56,979 bases of DNA, from positions 1 to 56,979 of the forward strand of contig JAYUUO010000035.1 in NCBI GenBank assembly GCA_043754515.1, read 5' to 3'. Of this stretch, positions 29,835-40,133 are shown in pieces. The translations under genes and the position numbers were made by a program. Source of the DNA: Armatimonadota bacterium. GTDB taxonomy: Bacteria; Armatimonadota; Armatimonadia; Armatimonadales; Armatimonadaceae. The notes under the pieces were generated by a model. It was not told the origin of the DNA, did not search any database, and was given only the letters and a program-made list of their open reading frames with translations. Numbering within the stretch: position 1 is the first letter of the stretch; each line of letters starts with the position of its first letter.

Positions 29835-31034
29835 CTACACCGCCATCGGAAGGGCGAGCGCGGCGCGGTGATGCGGGGCGTCAATGACCCGCCGCGAATC
29901 GTCGCGTTCGATCACGTTATATAATGGGTCGCGCTCGACCGGGTCGCGCCCCGCCTCCACGATCATCTGGACGAGTTGCTGTTGCGTCAGGTTCTGCGAC
30001 GTGTTCTCGTCGGAAATCTCGTGCGTGATCGTGTACTCTACGATCGTGCCGTCAATATCATCCGCCCCGTACCATTGCGCCGCCTGCGCGACCGGGGGCG
30101 TTATCATCATCCAGAACGCCTTGATGTGCGGAAAGTTATCCAGCATCAGCCGCCCGATGGCGATCGTCTTCAGGTCGAGCACGCCGGTCGTCGGCGGGAT
30201 GTGCGCAAGTTTGGTGCCTTTGGACGAGAACGCGAGCGGGATAAAGGTCAGGAACCCCCCAGTCTCGTCCTGCGCCTCTCTAAGCTTCATCATATGGATG
30301 ACGCGTTCCTCCAGCGTCTCGATATGCCCATAAAGCATCGTCGCGTTCGTGTGTAGGCCGACACGGTGCGCGGTCTTCGCCGTCTCCAGCCACTCCGTCG
30401 CCGTCTCCTTGCGCTCGAAGATGGCGTCATGCACCCGATCTGTCAGAATCTCAGCACCGCCGCCGGGGAGCGAGCAAAGGCCGTGCGCCTTGAGTTCGAG
30501 TAGCACCTCGGCCATCGGCTTCTTCGCGAGCTTCTGTATTTGGAGCAGTTCGACCATAGTGAATGACTTGATGTGCGCGTCCGGCCGCGTCGCCTTCACC
30601 GTGTCGAGCAGCTCCAGGTAATAAGAGTAGGGTAGCTTCGGGTGGATTCCAGCAACCATATGGATCTCGGTCACGGGGATGTGACGCGTGCGCTCGAGTT
30701 TGGCGCGGACGTCGTCCATGGTCATCGTGTACGGTGCCGGTCCGTCTTTTTGGGCGTAGAACGAGCAGAACTTGCACCCTTTGTTGCAAACGTTGGTGTA
30801 GTTAATGTGCTGGTTCCGGACGTAGTAAGTGTTGTTCCCGTTTTTAGTTTCGCGAGCGATATTGGCGAGGGCACCGATTCCGTTCAGGTCGCGCGATTTC
30901 CAGAGTTGCAAGCCGTCCGCGAAGGACAGACGTTTGCCTTCCATAACCTTGTCATAAATCGGCGCGAGCGGCGAGTGGCGCAGGTAGCGGTGCGCGATGG
31001 ACGGGCTGAGCGGGGCGTTCGGTATGTTTTTCAT
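29835..31034 (-). CDS. mqnE: aminofutalosine synthase (radical SAM)
   Basis: INYTNVCNKGCKFC, PGGGAEI, NATMLYGHIE, HIKAFW, GADDIDGT. Confidence 0.88.
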   Translation of the reverse strand: MKNIPNAPLSPSIAHRYLRHSPLAPIYDKVMEGKRLSFADGLQLWKSRDLNGIGALANIARETKNGNNTYYVRNQHINYTNVCNKGCKFCSFYAQKDGPAPYTMTMDDVRAKLERTRHIPVTEIHMVAGIHPKLPYSYYLELLDTVKATRPDAHIKSFTMVELLQIQKLAKKPMAEVLLELKAHGLCSLPGGGAEILTDRVHDAIFERKETATEWLETAKTAHRVGLHTNATMLYGHIETLEERVIHMMKLREAQDETGGFLTFIPLAFSSKGTKLAHIPPTTGVLDLKTIAIGRLMLDNFPHIKAFWMMITPPVAQAAQWYGADDIDGTIVEYTITHEISDENTSQNLTQQQLVQMIVEAGRDPVERDPLYNVIERDDSRRVIDAPHHRAALALPMAV

Positions 31035-31094
31035 GGTGGGGCGGTTCTATTCGGAGCAGTTAATTGAACTCGTTCACTTCGTGCTATTGATCAT

Positions 31095-31123
31095 AATGTA
31101 CCGCCACCCTCAAGCACTGTCAA
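31095..31123 (-). promoter_or_regulatory. sigma70 promoter of mqnE
   Basis: TTGACA-N17-TACATT. Confidence 0.65.
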
Positions 31124-31516
31124 GAGGAGAATTAACCGATTTGGCGCGAACAAACAAAAGCATGACGGTTTGGCGGCGCGGGGCTACCTCGCCTACGCCC
31201 CGGCGATACATAATCTCCGTTGGACCGGATGAGTACGTTCAAGGCGCGGCGGAACATGGCATAATCACAAATACAGGCGCGTGATCGCGCCGACGTGGTG
31301 TCCGCGCGGATGCGTGCGGTAACGGCGGAGATAAAAACATCAAGCGAGAACCCGTCTGGCACGAACCTTGCGATACAGACAACGGATAGACCTGCCAATA
31401 ATCACACAAATACATTCCCCGTCTGGGGCTGAACCGGTTGCGCCCGTGCCGGAAACGCTGAAATAGAAGGGGGACATGGCGGATGCCAACTTTACGCCCC
31501 CATCGGAGTAGATAGT

Positions 31517-33202
31517 TTGAGCCAACAATATATGGGAACAGGAGCAACAAAAAACGGAGCCGTGTCATTCGACGGCATTTCCTCCATGCCAGGAGGCAAA
31601 GGCGTTGCCTCTGCGGTTTACTCCATGTCCGGCAAGGGCAATACCAGTTTCGGTGCCCTTCCCGGCGGCGGGCGCGGCGGGATCAACCCCGTCGGGTGGT
31701 TCGTCGGCGCGGCCTTGTTCGCCGCCGCGTTCAGTTACTGGCACTTCATCATCGGGAACACACGCGCCGAGGCGTCGGTGACGCGCGCCTGGGCTAAGTC
31801 AGCGGCCGTTAAAAACGCGGCGCACGGTGCCGCGCTGTTGTCCGAGATGGGGCGGAAGAAATATGTCACCGAGCAGAGACCCGCACTGCTATCCGCCTTT
31901 AAATTGGCGGCGCGAAAGTCGGGCGCGGGGGATCTCGCCGCGCGGCCCGTTCCCCCGCTGCTGGCGGAAAAACTGGAGGCGACTCTGGTTAAAAATCCGA
32001 TGCTGGCGACGCAATCCCTGCTCAACGCGGCGGCTCGCCGCGAGGGCGATGGGCTACCTTTCTATCCGAAACTTGTGACCGACACGGCGGCCTACACCTA
32101 CACGGGTTTGGGACTGCTGGGTGGTTGCGGGGTACTCGCCCTCGTCGGCATCATCGGGCTGATCCCGAAGCGGCGAACCGGACTACGCGCAGACTACACG
32201 CGGGATACAGCGGCGGCCCCGCCCGCCCCGAACATCGCCGCCCCCCGCATAATGAGTCCGGTCGCGCCCGCCGCTACCGTAGTAGCTCCCGCGACCCCGT
32301 TCCCCCCCCCGCCCGAAGCGATGCCCCCGACCATTAACGCGCCCGCACGGGGTAGTATCGCCGCCGGGGTAGCCGCCGTCGCCTCATCGTCGTCCGAGGT
32401 AACGCGGCTCGTTAAGCGGCTTGAGGAGTTGGAGTCGTTGTCGGAGCGGCTTAAAGGAGAGCGGGACGAGACACGCAAAGAGCTATCCTGGACACAGGTC
32501 GCCCTGGACGATTTCAAGAAACGCGTCTCGGACGCCACCACAATGGCTGCGGCATCGGCGGCGCAGTCCGCCGGTGCCAGCGAACAGCGCGCCGCGCAGG
32601 CCGAGCAACGCGTGACGGAGGCCGTCGAACACATCAACGAAGCCTTGCAACGCGCTGTAGAAACCGAACATGGGGTCACCAGAGCGCAGGAGATAGCGCA
32701 AACCGCCGGGGAACGTGCCTCGAACGCGGAGACTCGCTCGCAGGAGATGCAGTACCAGTTGGCACGCGCCATGGAACGCCTCGCGGATCTCGAGCGGCTG
32801 GCGGCGACCACGCGCCTCGGAGGGATGGGCGGTCCGCCCGGCACCGTCGGCGGCTCGTTCGCGCATCCCGCCCTGCCGGCACCGGACATGAACGGCTACC
32901 GCAACGGGGCGTCCACGCCGTCGCCGATTGACGACATGCTCGCCGCCGCCGCGAAGCCAGCCACCCGGCCAGTCGTCATGATGCCCACCACCACCGTCAT
33001 GCCATCGCACCGCGACGACCCGGTGCCTATTGATGAACCGGACACCATGCCCACCGCTTCGTCCGCGCCGCGCCAGCAACGGACTCCGCCCCCCCGCCTA
33101 ACGAACACGAAGATGTCCGACATTGAGGCAGGTCTTAAACTGGCGCGCTCCATCCGCTCCCGAACCCAGAGAGCGGCGACCAAGTTCACCGGCGATGAAT
33201 AG
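31517..33202 (+). CDS. two-TM membrane protein with Pro-rich linker and long coiled coil
   Basis: 561 aa; two hydrophobic segments; heptad region. Confidence 0.75.
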   Translation: MSQQYMGTGATKNGAVSFDGISSMPGGKGVASAVYSMSGKGNTSFGALPGGGRGGINPVGWFVGAALFAAAFSYWHFIIGNTRAEASVTRAWAKSAAVKNAAHGAALLSEMGRKKYVTEQRPALLSAFKLAARKSGAGDLAARPVPPLLAEKLEATLVKNPMLATQSLLNAAARREGDGLPFYPKLVTDTAAYTYTGLGLLGGCGVLALVGIIGLIPKRRTGLRADYTRDTAAAPPAPNIAAPRIMSPVAPAATVVAPATPFPPPPEAMPPTINAPARGSIAAGVAAVASSSSEVTRLVKRLEELESLSERLKGERDETRKELSWTQVALDDFKKRVSDATTMAAASAAQSAGASEQRAAQAEQRVTEAVEHINEALQRAVETEHGVTRAQEIAQTAGERASNAETRSQEMQYQLARAMERLADLERLAATTRLGGMGGPPGTVGGSFAHPALPAPDMNGYRNGASTPSPIDDMLAAAAKPATRPVVMMPTTTVMPSHRDDPVPIDEPDTMPTASSAPRQQRTPPPRLTNTKMSDIEAGLKLARSIRSRTQRAATKFTGDE

Positions 33203-33222
33203 CCGGATGTCCGCGTCAGGTC

Positions 33223-33966
33223 GTGCCGCCATCCGGCCTGACGCGGGCAAGGTATTCTGCTCTCATGATGTTTCAGGGATTTTTGTACACGCTCACATGG
33301 GCACCCGCTAAAATCTTCGTGCGCGCCTTGCTCGCCCACTTGGGACGCGGGCGAGTTCGGGTAGTGGGCGCGGAGAATGTGCCGGTCACCGGCGGCGTTC
33401 TGTTCTGCCCGAATCACGTCAGCGACGCCGACCCGCTCGCCATAGCCGTGACGTGTCCCCGCAAGACCCCCTACTTTGTCGCAAAGCGAGAGCTGTTTGA
33501 CATCCGGTATCTGGGCTTCTGGCTACGTCTGTGGCGCGTTCTGCCGATCCAGCGCGACACCGCAGACCGCGCCGCCTTACGCCGTTTCGAGGAGTTACTA
33601 AAAGCAGGCGAGGCAGTAATACTGTTCCCGGAAGGCGGGGGGAACAGCGACAACACGCTCCAGCCGCTTCATCCCGGCGCGCTCCTGGTGGCTCTACGGG
33701 CAAAGGTGCCCGTCGTGCCGGTCGCGCTTCGCAACACGGGCGTCGTATGGACATACGGCGATCCCCTCCCTCACTGCGTCGGCACCCCCGCCCCGATTTC
33801 GGCGACGTTCGGACAGCCGCTCGACCTATCCGATCTATGGGGCAAGCCGGGCGCGACGAACGCCGCGACGCAACGTCTGGCGGTCGCGCTCGCCGAGATG
33901 CTGGGTCAGCCCGTGCCGATCGGTAAGCCCAAGAACCGCACCGACGAAGAGGCCCCGCTTCACTGA
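33223..33966 (+). CDS. PlsC-like lysophospholipid acyltransferase
   Basis: NHVSDAD (HxxxxD), AKRELF, FPEG. Confidence 0.9.
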   Translation: MPPSGLTRARYSALMMFQGFLYTLTWAPAKIFVRALLAHLGRGRVRVVGAENVPVTGGVLFCPNHVSDADPLAIAVTCPRKTPYFVAKRELFDIRYLGFWLRLWRVLPIQRDTADRAALRRFEELLKAGEAVILFPEGGGNSDNTLQPLHPGALLVALRAKVPVVPVALRNTGVVWTYGDPLPHCVGTPAPISATFGQPLDLSDLWGKPGATNAATQRLAVALAEMLGQPVPIGKPKNRTDEEAPLH

Positions 33967-33971
33967 GCCAC

Positions 33972-35273
33972 ATGCGTTATACTGGTCGCATGCAAAAGGA
34001 GTTCTGGTTCGGGCGGGCGCGCGCTCTTGACGAGGCGGACCCGCTGTCGCCTTTCCGGGAGCGATTTTACCGGCGCGACGGGGAGATTTACCTGGATGGA
34101 AACTCGCTCGGCCTTCTGTCGCGCGACGCCGAGACATGTGTACTCCGCGTCCTTGATGAATGGAAGACGCTTGGGATTGAGGGCTGGACACGGGCCAATC
34201 CGCCCTGGTTCTCGCTCGCGGAAACACTCTCCGATCAAGTCGCATCCCTGATCGGTGCCGATCCGGGCGAGGTGATCGTAACCGGCTCGACCACGGTGAA
34301 CCTGCACCAGTTGCTCGCGACTTTACTTCCGGCTGGTAACGGCGGAAACACCCGCATCGTTGCCGACGAACTCAACTTCCCGTCCGATATTTTCGCGTTG
34401 CAAAGTTACCTGCGCACGCACGGGTTAGATCCCGACACGCACCTGATCCGCGTGCCAAGCAGGGACGGGCGGACACTGAACGAGGATGATCTGATTGCGG
34501 CGTTAAGGCAACCGGGGGCGCGGGCGGCGGTATTCCCATCCGTCGTCTACACAAGCGGGCAGTTGCTGGACATGGAGCGCGTAACGCGGGCGGCGCGGGC
34601 GAGCGGCGTCCTCATCGGCTGGGACTGCTCCCACTCCATCGGCGCGGTACCCCACGCTTTGAGTGAATGGGGCGCGGACTTCGCGTTTTGGTGTCATTAC
34701 AAATACCTGAACGCGGGGCCGGGGAGTGTCGGCGGTCTGTACCTGAATCGGCGACATCTCGGTCAGGCGCCCGGACTCGCGGGCTGGTTCTCGTCGCGCA
34801 AGGACACGCAATTCGCGATGACGCACTCCCTGACCCCGGCGAACGACGCCGGAGCCATGCAAATCGGCACCCCACACCTTCTGAGCATGGCACCATTAGA
34901 TGGAACGCTACGCATACACGGCGAAGCGGGGATCGGCAGGATTCGCGCGGGGTCGCTGGCACGAACCGCGTTCCTACGCGAGATGGTGGAGGAGGAACTC
35001 GGCCCGTTCGGCGTCACGGTCGCGACGCCGACCGAGCCGGAACGGCGCGGGGGGCATCTCGCGCTGGTACATCCCGAAGCGGCGCGGATCAGCCGGGCAC
35101 TGCGCGAGGCCGGGGTAATCCCGGACTTTCGACAGCCAGACATAGTGCGCCTCGCCCCGGTCGCTCTCTACACATCGTTCGCGGACTGCGTCGAGGCGAC
35201 CTCGCGGCTAAGGGGAATCCTTTCCACGCGGTCTTATCTTTCGCTCGACACGGCGACGGATCAGGTCACCTAA
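33972..35273 (+). CDS. kynU: kynureninase
   Basis: IYLDGNSLG, NFPSD, WDCSHSIGA, WCHYKYLNAGPG, PDFRQPD..RLAP. Confidence 0.95.
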   Translation: MRYTGRMQKEFWFGRARALDEADPLSPFRERFYRRDGEIYLDGNSLGLLSRDAETCVLRVLDEWKTLGIEGWTRANPPWFSLAETLSDQVASLIGADPGEVIVTGSTTVNLHQLLATLLPAGNGGNTRIVADELNFPSDIFALQSYLRTHGLDPDTHLIRVPSRDGRTLNEDDLIAALRQPGARAAVFPSVVYTSGQLLDMERVTRAARASGVLIGWDCSHSIGAVPHALSEWGADFAFWCHYKYLNAGPGSVGGLYLNRRHLGQAPGLAGWFSSRKDTQFAMTHSLTPANDAGAMQIGTPHLLSMAPLDGTLRIHGEAGIGRIRAGSLARTAFLREMVEEELGPFGVTVATPTEPERRGGHLALVHPEAARISRALREAGVIPDFRQPDIVRLAPVALYTSFADCVEATSRLRGILSTRSYLSLDTATDQVT

Positions 35274-35959
35274 TGAGTATCCTCTATGACATCACGATCC
35301 CATTGCAACCCGGCCTCGCGGTCTGGCCCGGCGACACGCCCTACCAGTCGGTTTTGAGTTGGGACATGAGCGCGGGGGGATCGGTCAACGTCGGCGCGGT
35401 TACGATGAGCACGCACACCGGCACCCACGTGGACGCGCCGTTCCACTTCGACCCGGATGGTGCCCGCGTTGACACGCTCGACCCCGCGATATTCTTCGGT
35501 CCCGTCGCGGTAGTAGACGCGGCTGGGCGCGGGATAATCGGGCAGGACGCCTTCGATGGGGTTGACTTCCGGGCGACGCCGCGCGTGCTCATATACACCG
35601 GGGCGTGGGGGGATCACACGCGCTTCCCCGAGACGATCCCGACGCTAGCGGAGGACGTGCCGCCATTCCTAGGCGCGAACGGCGTATGCCTTTTCGGTAT
35701 AGACCTTCCGTCCGTGGATACACTTGACAGCTCGATTCTCCCTAACCATCACGCTCTCGCGCGACAGAAGATCGCCATACTCGAGTCGGTTGATCTGCGT
35801 CTGGTGCCGGTAGGCGTGTACCAACTGATCGCTTTGCCACTGCGCCTCGCTGGCGCGGACGCTTCACCGGTGCGGGCGATACTGACGCGCCAGGCGACAC
35901 CGGGAGAGCAGTTGACCCCGCGCGAAAATTGTTTCGATATAATTCCGCCCGAGTCTTGA
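35273..35959 (+). CDS. kynB: kynurenine formamidase (cyclase family)
   Basis: VWPGD, HTGTHVDAPFH, DLPSVD, ASPVRA; TAATG overlap with kynU. Confidence 0.9.
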   Translation: MSILYDITIPLQPGLAVWPGDTPYQSVLSWDMSAGGSVNVGAVTMSTHTGTHVDAPFHFDPDGARVDTLDPAIFFGPVAVVDAAGRGIIGQDAFDGVDFRATPRVLIYTGAWGDHTRFPETIPTLAEDVPPFLGANGVCLFGIDLPSVDTLDSSILPNHHALARQKIAILESVDLRLVPVGVYQLIALPLRLAGADASPVRAILTRQATPGEQLTPRENCFDIIPPES

Positions 35960-35984
35960 CAGGATAGCGCGTCGGTTGTACCAT
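35956..35984 (+). promoter_or_regulatory. sigma70 promoter for the CBM-GH9 genes
   Basis: TTGACA-N17-TACCAT. Confidence 0.6.
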
Positions 35985-36209
35985 CGGTTGATAGGTGCCT
36001 TCTACCACGGCGCGTTTCACCGAACGTTCAGTACACCCGGTGAAACGACGCGGGCCTATTACCCTGCGAAGTATATGACGCGGTCGTCATGGGATGATCC
36101 CCTCAGGGTGTAGTAGGCATTTAAGATTCGGCCCGATCCGACAAATAGATAGTGTTACGTGCAAGTAGAACATTTGTACAACTTTCAAAGGGAGAAGGAC
36201 GCCTACATA

Positions 36210-36890
36210 ATGCGTATCATCTTGAAACCGGGCGGATATGGTGTGCTATTAGTTACTATTGCAGTGCTGACAGTACTGACCGTCTTAAATAATGGCGGGA
36301 GGCGATCATCCATGACACCGTCAGCCGTCGTCACTAGCTCCGTTAGCACGTCTTTTGCCGGATTGCACGGCGGGGCGTCGAGCCTCCAGGATGGCGACTT
36401 CAGTGGCGATTTCGTACCCGCTCGCTTTTTTGGGAATAGTACCACCCCTCCCAAAGCAACCATCTCCGGGGTAATAGCCGACCCCTGGCTGGATAACTCG
36501 GACTGGGCTGATATTTCCGCTCACTACGACAAAGATACCGACTCCGCTGGCAAGCCCTGTCAGCGCATTGACGTCGGGGATGTACGTTTCGGGAAGGTGC
36601 AATTCATTCAGTTCCTGAGACTAACCCCCGGGGCGCGGTACACGATCCGAGCGCGCTTCAGGTCTTCCCAGCCGACCGTCGTGCAGTTCGGACTCCGGGA
36701 TATTCAAGCTGTGCCCGAGGAGACCGGCTACGCCAAAGATGTCGCTCTTTCGACAGAGTGGAAAGAAATCACGCTCAGCAAAGACGCCTTGCACTCGCAA
36801 CATTTTCTGCATCTCGCGGTCGGCCAGCCGCATGTCACCTACTGGATAAGCGACGTGCGAATGACGCAATCCGCCATCGCCGTAAAGTAA
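36210..36890 (+). CDS. membrane-anchored CBM4/9-like protein
   Basis: N-terminal TM; LQDGDF, WLDNSDW, LTPGARY, LSTEWK. Confidence 0.7.
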   Translation: MRIILKPGGYGVLLVTIAVLTVLTVLNNGGRRSSMTPSAVVTSSVSTSFAGLHGGASSLQDGDFSGDFVPARFFGNSTTPPKATISGVIADPWLDNSDWADISAHYDKDTDSAGKPCQRIDVGDVRFGKVQFIQFLRLTPGARYTIRARFRSSQPTVVQFGLRDIQAVPEETGYAKDVALSTEWKEITLSKDALHSQHFLHLAVGQPHVTYWISDVRMTQSAIAVK

Positions 36891-36911
36891 ACAATCCTGC
36901 CCGGAGTTTTA

Positions 36912-39900
36912 ATGACCACATCACGCCACCCGTCGTCTGTCTCAATCACGATCGCATGCACCCTTTCCCTCACTACGCTCGCTTCGGTTTCCTGCGCCCG
37001 GCGCGCCGAGAGCCAGGGAGACACGGCATTCGCCGCGTCACTCGTCGCGGCGCACCCGGCGGAGCCGCCCGCGATTGTCTCCTTCGACAAGCCGTTCCTG
37101 TTCACCTACCTCGCCTGGGAGAAGCGGGTGAAGGTGGAGAGCGGACGGGCGATCATCGGCGGGGAGGGAGTGACCCCGAAAGGCGGTGGCGGATCTAATG
37201 TGGAGCTCGACCTGTCCTGCTACGCCGAACTGTGTCCCGTCGCGCGGGTCAAAGTGGGGCCTAAAAACACACTCAAGACGCTCCGATTGACGCTAGTAGA
37301 CGACACAGTCAGCAAGCCTGACGCGGAGCGACACAGCGCGACGTTCAACTTCCCGATCCCGGCGGGGCCGACTCCGGGCTTCGTAAAAATCTATGCCTCG
37401 GGGGGGGCGACGCTCGCCAGGCCGAATGACAAGCCGGCCACGGGGGTCGCGGACCTGTCGCGCATCCGGCAATGGCAACTCGCGGGCGACTGGGGGGGCG
37501 ACGGGCCGGTTGACATTGAGGTGACGGGCATCACCCTCGCCGAGCCGAACGCCGAGGCGAAGGCCGCGCGGTTACAGACGGCGAAACAGGACTCCGAAAA
37601 GCAACAGGCGGCGGCGAAAGCCAGTGCCGACCTGGCGGAAAGGTACGGCAAGCGCACCGCCGACTCGCCGTCCGTGGTCGCTGTCTATCGCGTCGCCCCG
37701 GAGATCGTCGCCGTCGCCATCCAGGCGGGGCACGTCCTGCCGGGGCGGTATGAGCCGTATATGGCCAAACCCGGAGATACGACGAAGAAGGCGGACGCCG
37801 CGACGGTTCTCGTGCGCGGGGGCAAAGAGGTGGGCTGGCTGATCGGCAAAAAGAAAGATGGGCTGGTGCGCTACGAGTCTTTCGCGGGCGATCCCCTGCT
37901 CGACGAGCCGACCGAGAACGTCGCCACCTACACGGTCGTCGGTGCGGACGGTGCCGCGATCAAACCGGTCGCGGTCTGGCGCAAATCGAAGCCCAACGAT
38001 CAGACGCAACCCAGCGGCGAGGTCGCGATGTACCACATCGTTTACCTGAAGCTACCCGCACCGCTCCCGTCGAACCGTCAGTACAGCGTGCGCTTCGCGG
38101 ACGGCATGAACGTCCACCAGCCGGAAGTCAAGTTCTCAACGGATGAGTCGGCGGTTCGTTCGGAGGCGGTGCATGCCTTCCAGATCGGGTACCGCCCGGA
38201 CGATCCGCTCAAGGACGCGTTCCTGTCGGTGTGGCTCGGGACCGGCGGCGGCTTCGAGTACTCCTCCCCGCCCGCCTTCCGGGTACTGGACGCCGCTGGG
38301 AAGACCGCCCTCTCCGGGAAAGCGGAGCTATCCAAAGCCAAAGATGCCACCGAAAAGATGTGGAAGGGCAATGAAGCGAACTATGAGAAGACGGCGGTGT
38401 ATCGGCTCGACTTTTCCGCGCTAACCGCGCCGGGAACTTACCGCGTCGTGGTTGACGGCGTCGGGTCGTCGTACCCCTTCGTCATCGGGCGCGACACGTG
38501 GCGCAAGGCGTTCGTGACACAGATGCGCGGCCTGCTCAACGAGCGGAGCGGCGTGGAGCTAGGTATGCCCTACACGAAGTTTCACAAACCCCGTGATTTC
38601 TACCCCGGAGACCCCGACGTGTCTGTGACGCAGAGTTCTTACAGCGTGGTAGACGGCAACAAGGCGGAGGCATATGAGGCACTCGCGAAGGGCGATACCG
38701 GCAAAATCGTCCCTGAAGCGTGGGGCGGCTACCACGACGCCGGCGACTGGAACCCACGCCGCGTCACGCACATGAAGGTGACGATGGCGCATCTCGAACT
38801 GTTGGACCTGTTCCCCGCCTACTTCGAGCCGATCAGCCTGAACATCCCGAAGAAGCCCGGCGTGCCGGACGTTCTGACCGAGGCGTTGTTCGAGTTGGGT
38901 TTATTCCGCAGACTGCAAAAGCCGGACGGCGGCGTGCCATACCAGATCGAAACCAACGGCGACCCGATCGCGGGCGAACTTTCCTGGAAGCAGAGTATGG
39001 ACTCGTACGTGTCGGCACCCGATCCGTGGGCGTCCTGGTACTACGCGGGGGTGGCGGCGAAGGCGGCGAAGCTACTGGTCAAGTATGACCCGAAGCTCGC
39101 GGCGGCGTATCAGGCGTCGGCAGTACGAGCGATGGACTGGGGGGAGCGGGACTACGCCAAAAGGAAGGCGACCGGAACCGGACTGGATAAGATTCACTGG
39201 GAGATGAAAGACGCCCGTAACTATGCGGCGATCCTGCTCTACGATTTGACCGGAGCCGCGAAATGGCTCGACATCTTCCGCGAAGACACGTTGCTGAAAA
39301 CGGACGGCGCGAGCCTGTTCCAATTCGGCACGGCGGTGCAGAGCGACGCCGCGTTCGCCTATTTGCGCCTCCCGGCTAGCCGCAACCCGGACCCCGTTCT
39401 CAAAGCGCGAGCCGTCGTAGGCCTGCGCAAGCAGGCCGACTCCGCGCTCGCCTATGCGAACGGCAACTCGTTCCGCCTGACCACGCCCGACTCCGGCAAG
39501 CCGATGTTCATCGGCTTCTGGTCCACCCCCGACGCGATTGACCTGTGCCGCGCCCATTACGCGACGGGCGACAAACGCTACCTGGCGGGGGCGGTGCAAG
39601 CCTGCGTCTTCGCGGGCGGCGGCAACCCGAACAACATCACGTACACCACCGGTGTCGGCGCGAACCCCATCAAGCACCCGTTCATGATTGACTACCGGCA
39701 CACCGGGCAGACCCCGCCCGACGGTTTGACCGTGTACGGCAACTTCGACTGGCCGAACTGGCCCGATCAGGCATGGGCACTCTGGCCGATGCAGTACACG
39801 CTCGGGCCGAGGTGCAAGCCGAGTGCGTACGAATGGCCCGTCCCGGAGGGCTACTTTGACATCTACATGTACCCGGCGACGAACGAGTGGACAGTAGACG

Positions 39901-39950
39901 CTTGGACGCCGAACGTGTACGTCTGGGGCTACCTCGCGGCGCGGAAGTAG
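36912..39950 (+). CDS. GH9 glycoside hydrolase with Ig-like domain
   Basis: QIGYRPDD, DFS.L..PG.Y, GGYHDAGDW, GGNPNN.TY.TG, NEWT; signal peptide. Confidence 0.92.
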   Translation: MTTSRHPSSVSITIACTLSLTTLASVSCARRAESQGDTAFAASLVAAHPAEPPAIVSFDKPFLFTYLAWEKRVKVESGRAIIGGEGVTPKGGGGSNVELDLSCYAELCPVARVKVGPKNTLKTLRLTLVDDTVSKPDAERHSATFNFPIPAGPTPGFVKIYASGGATLARPNDKPATGVADLSRIRQWQLAGDWGGDGPVDIEVTGITLAEPNAEAKAARLQTAKQDSEKQQAAAKASADLAERYGKRTADSPSVVAVYRVAPEIVAVAIQAGHVLPGRYEPYMAKPGDTTKKADAATVLVRGGKEVGWLIGKKKDGLVRYESFAGDPLLDEPTENVATYTVVGADGAAIKPVAVWRKSKPNDQTQPSGEVAMYHIVYLKLPAPLPSNRQYSVRFADGMNVHQPEVKFSTDESAVRSEAVHAFQIGYRPDDPLKDAFLSVWLGTGGGFEYSSPPAFRVLDAAGKTALSGKAELSKAKDATEKMWKGNEANYEKTAVYRLDFSALTAPGTYRVVVDGVGSSYPFVIGRDTWRKAFVTQMRGLLNERSGVELGMPYTKFHKPRDFYPGDPDVSVTQSSYSVVDGNKAEAYEALAKGDTGKIVPEAWGGYHDAGDWNPRRVTHMKVTMAHLELLDLFPAYFEPISLNIPKKPGVPDVLTEALFELGLFRRLQKPDGGVPYQIETNGDPIAGELSWKQSMDSYVSAPDPWASWYYAGVAAKAAKLLVKYDPKLAAAYQASAVRAMDWGERDYAKRKATGTGLDKIHWEMKDARNYAAILLYDLTGAAKWLDIFREDTLLKTDGASLFQFGTAVQSDAAFAYLRLPASRNPDPVLKARAVVGLRKQADSALAYANGNSFRLTTPDSGKPMFIGFWSTPDAIDLCRAHYATGDKRYLAGAVQACVFAGGGNPNNITYTTGVGANPIKHPFMIDYRHTGQTPPDGLTVYGNFDWPNWPDQAWALWPMQYTLGPRCKPSAYEWPVPEGYFDIYMYPATNEWTVDAWTPNVYVWGYLAARK

Positions 39951-40133
39951 TTACCGAACCGGTGGAGCGGTGCACCCACTAGATTTATTGGCATGCACGG
40001 GCAGGAATCGGACGCGACGCCCCCTAACCTATACCGGCACTGGGAGCGATGGGTGCCGAGGGTGCGCACGGCGTGTGTACTCCGGGCCCGCGCCTCCGTT
40101 ATTTCAACGTTATCTACAGGAGTTAATGGGAAG

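Noticed and set aside
34667..35272. N-terminal extension of kynB
   Set aside because: Overlaps kynU in another frame; real start is the TAATG overlap at 35273
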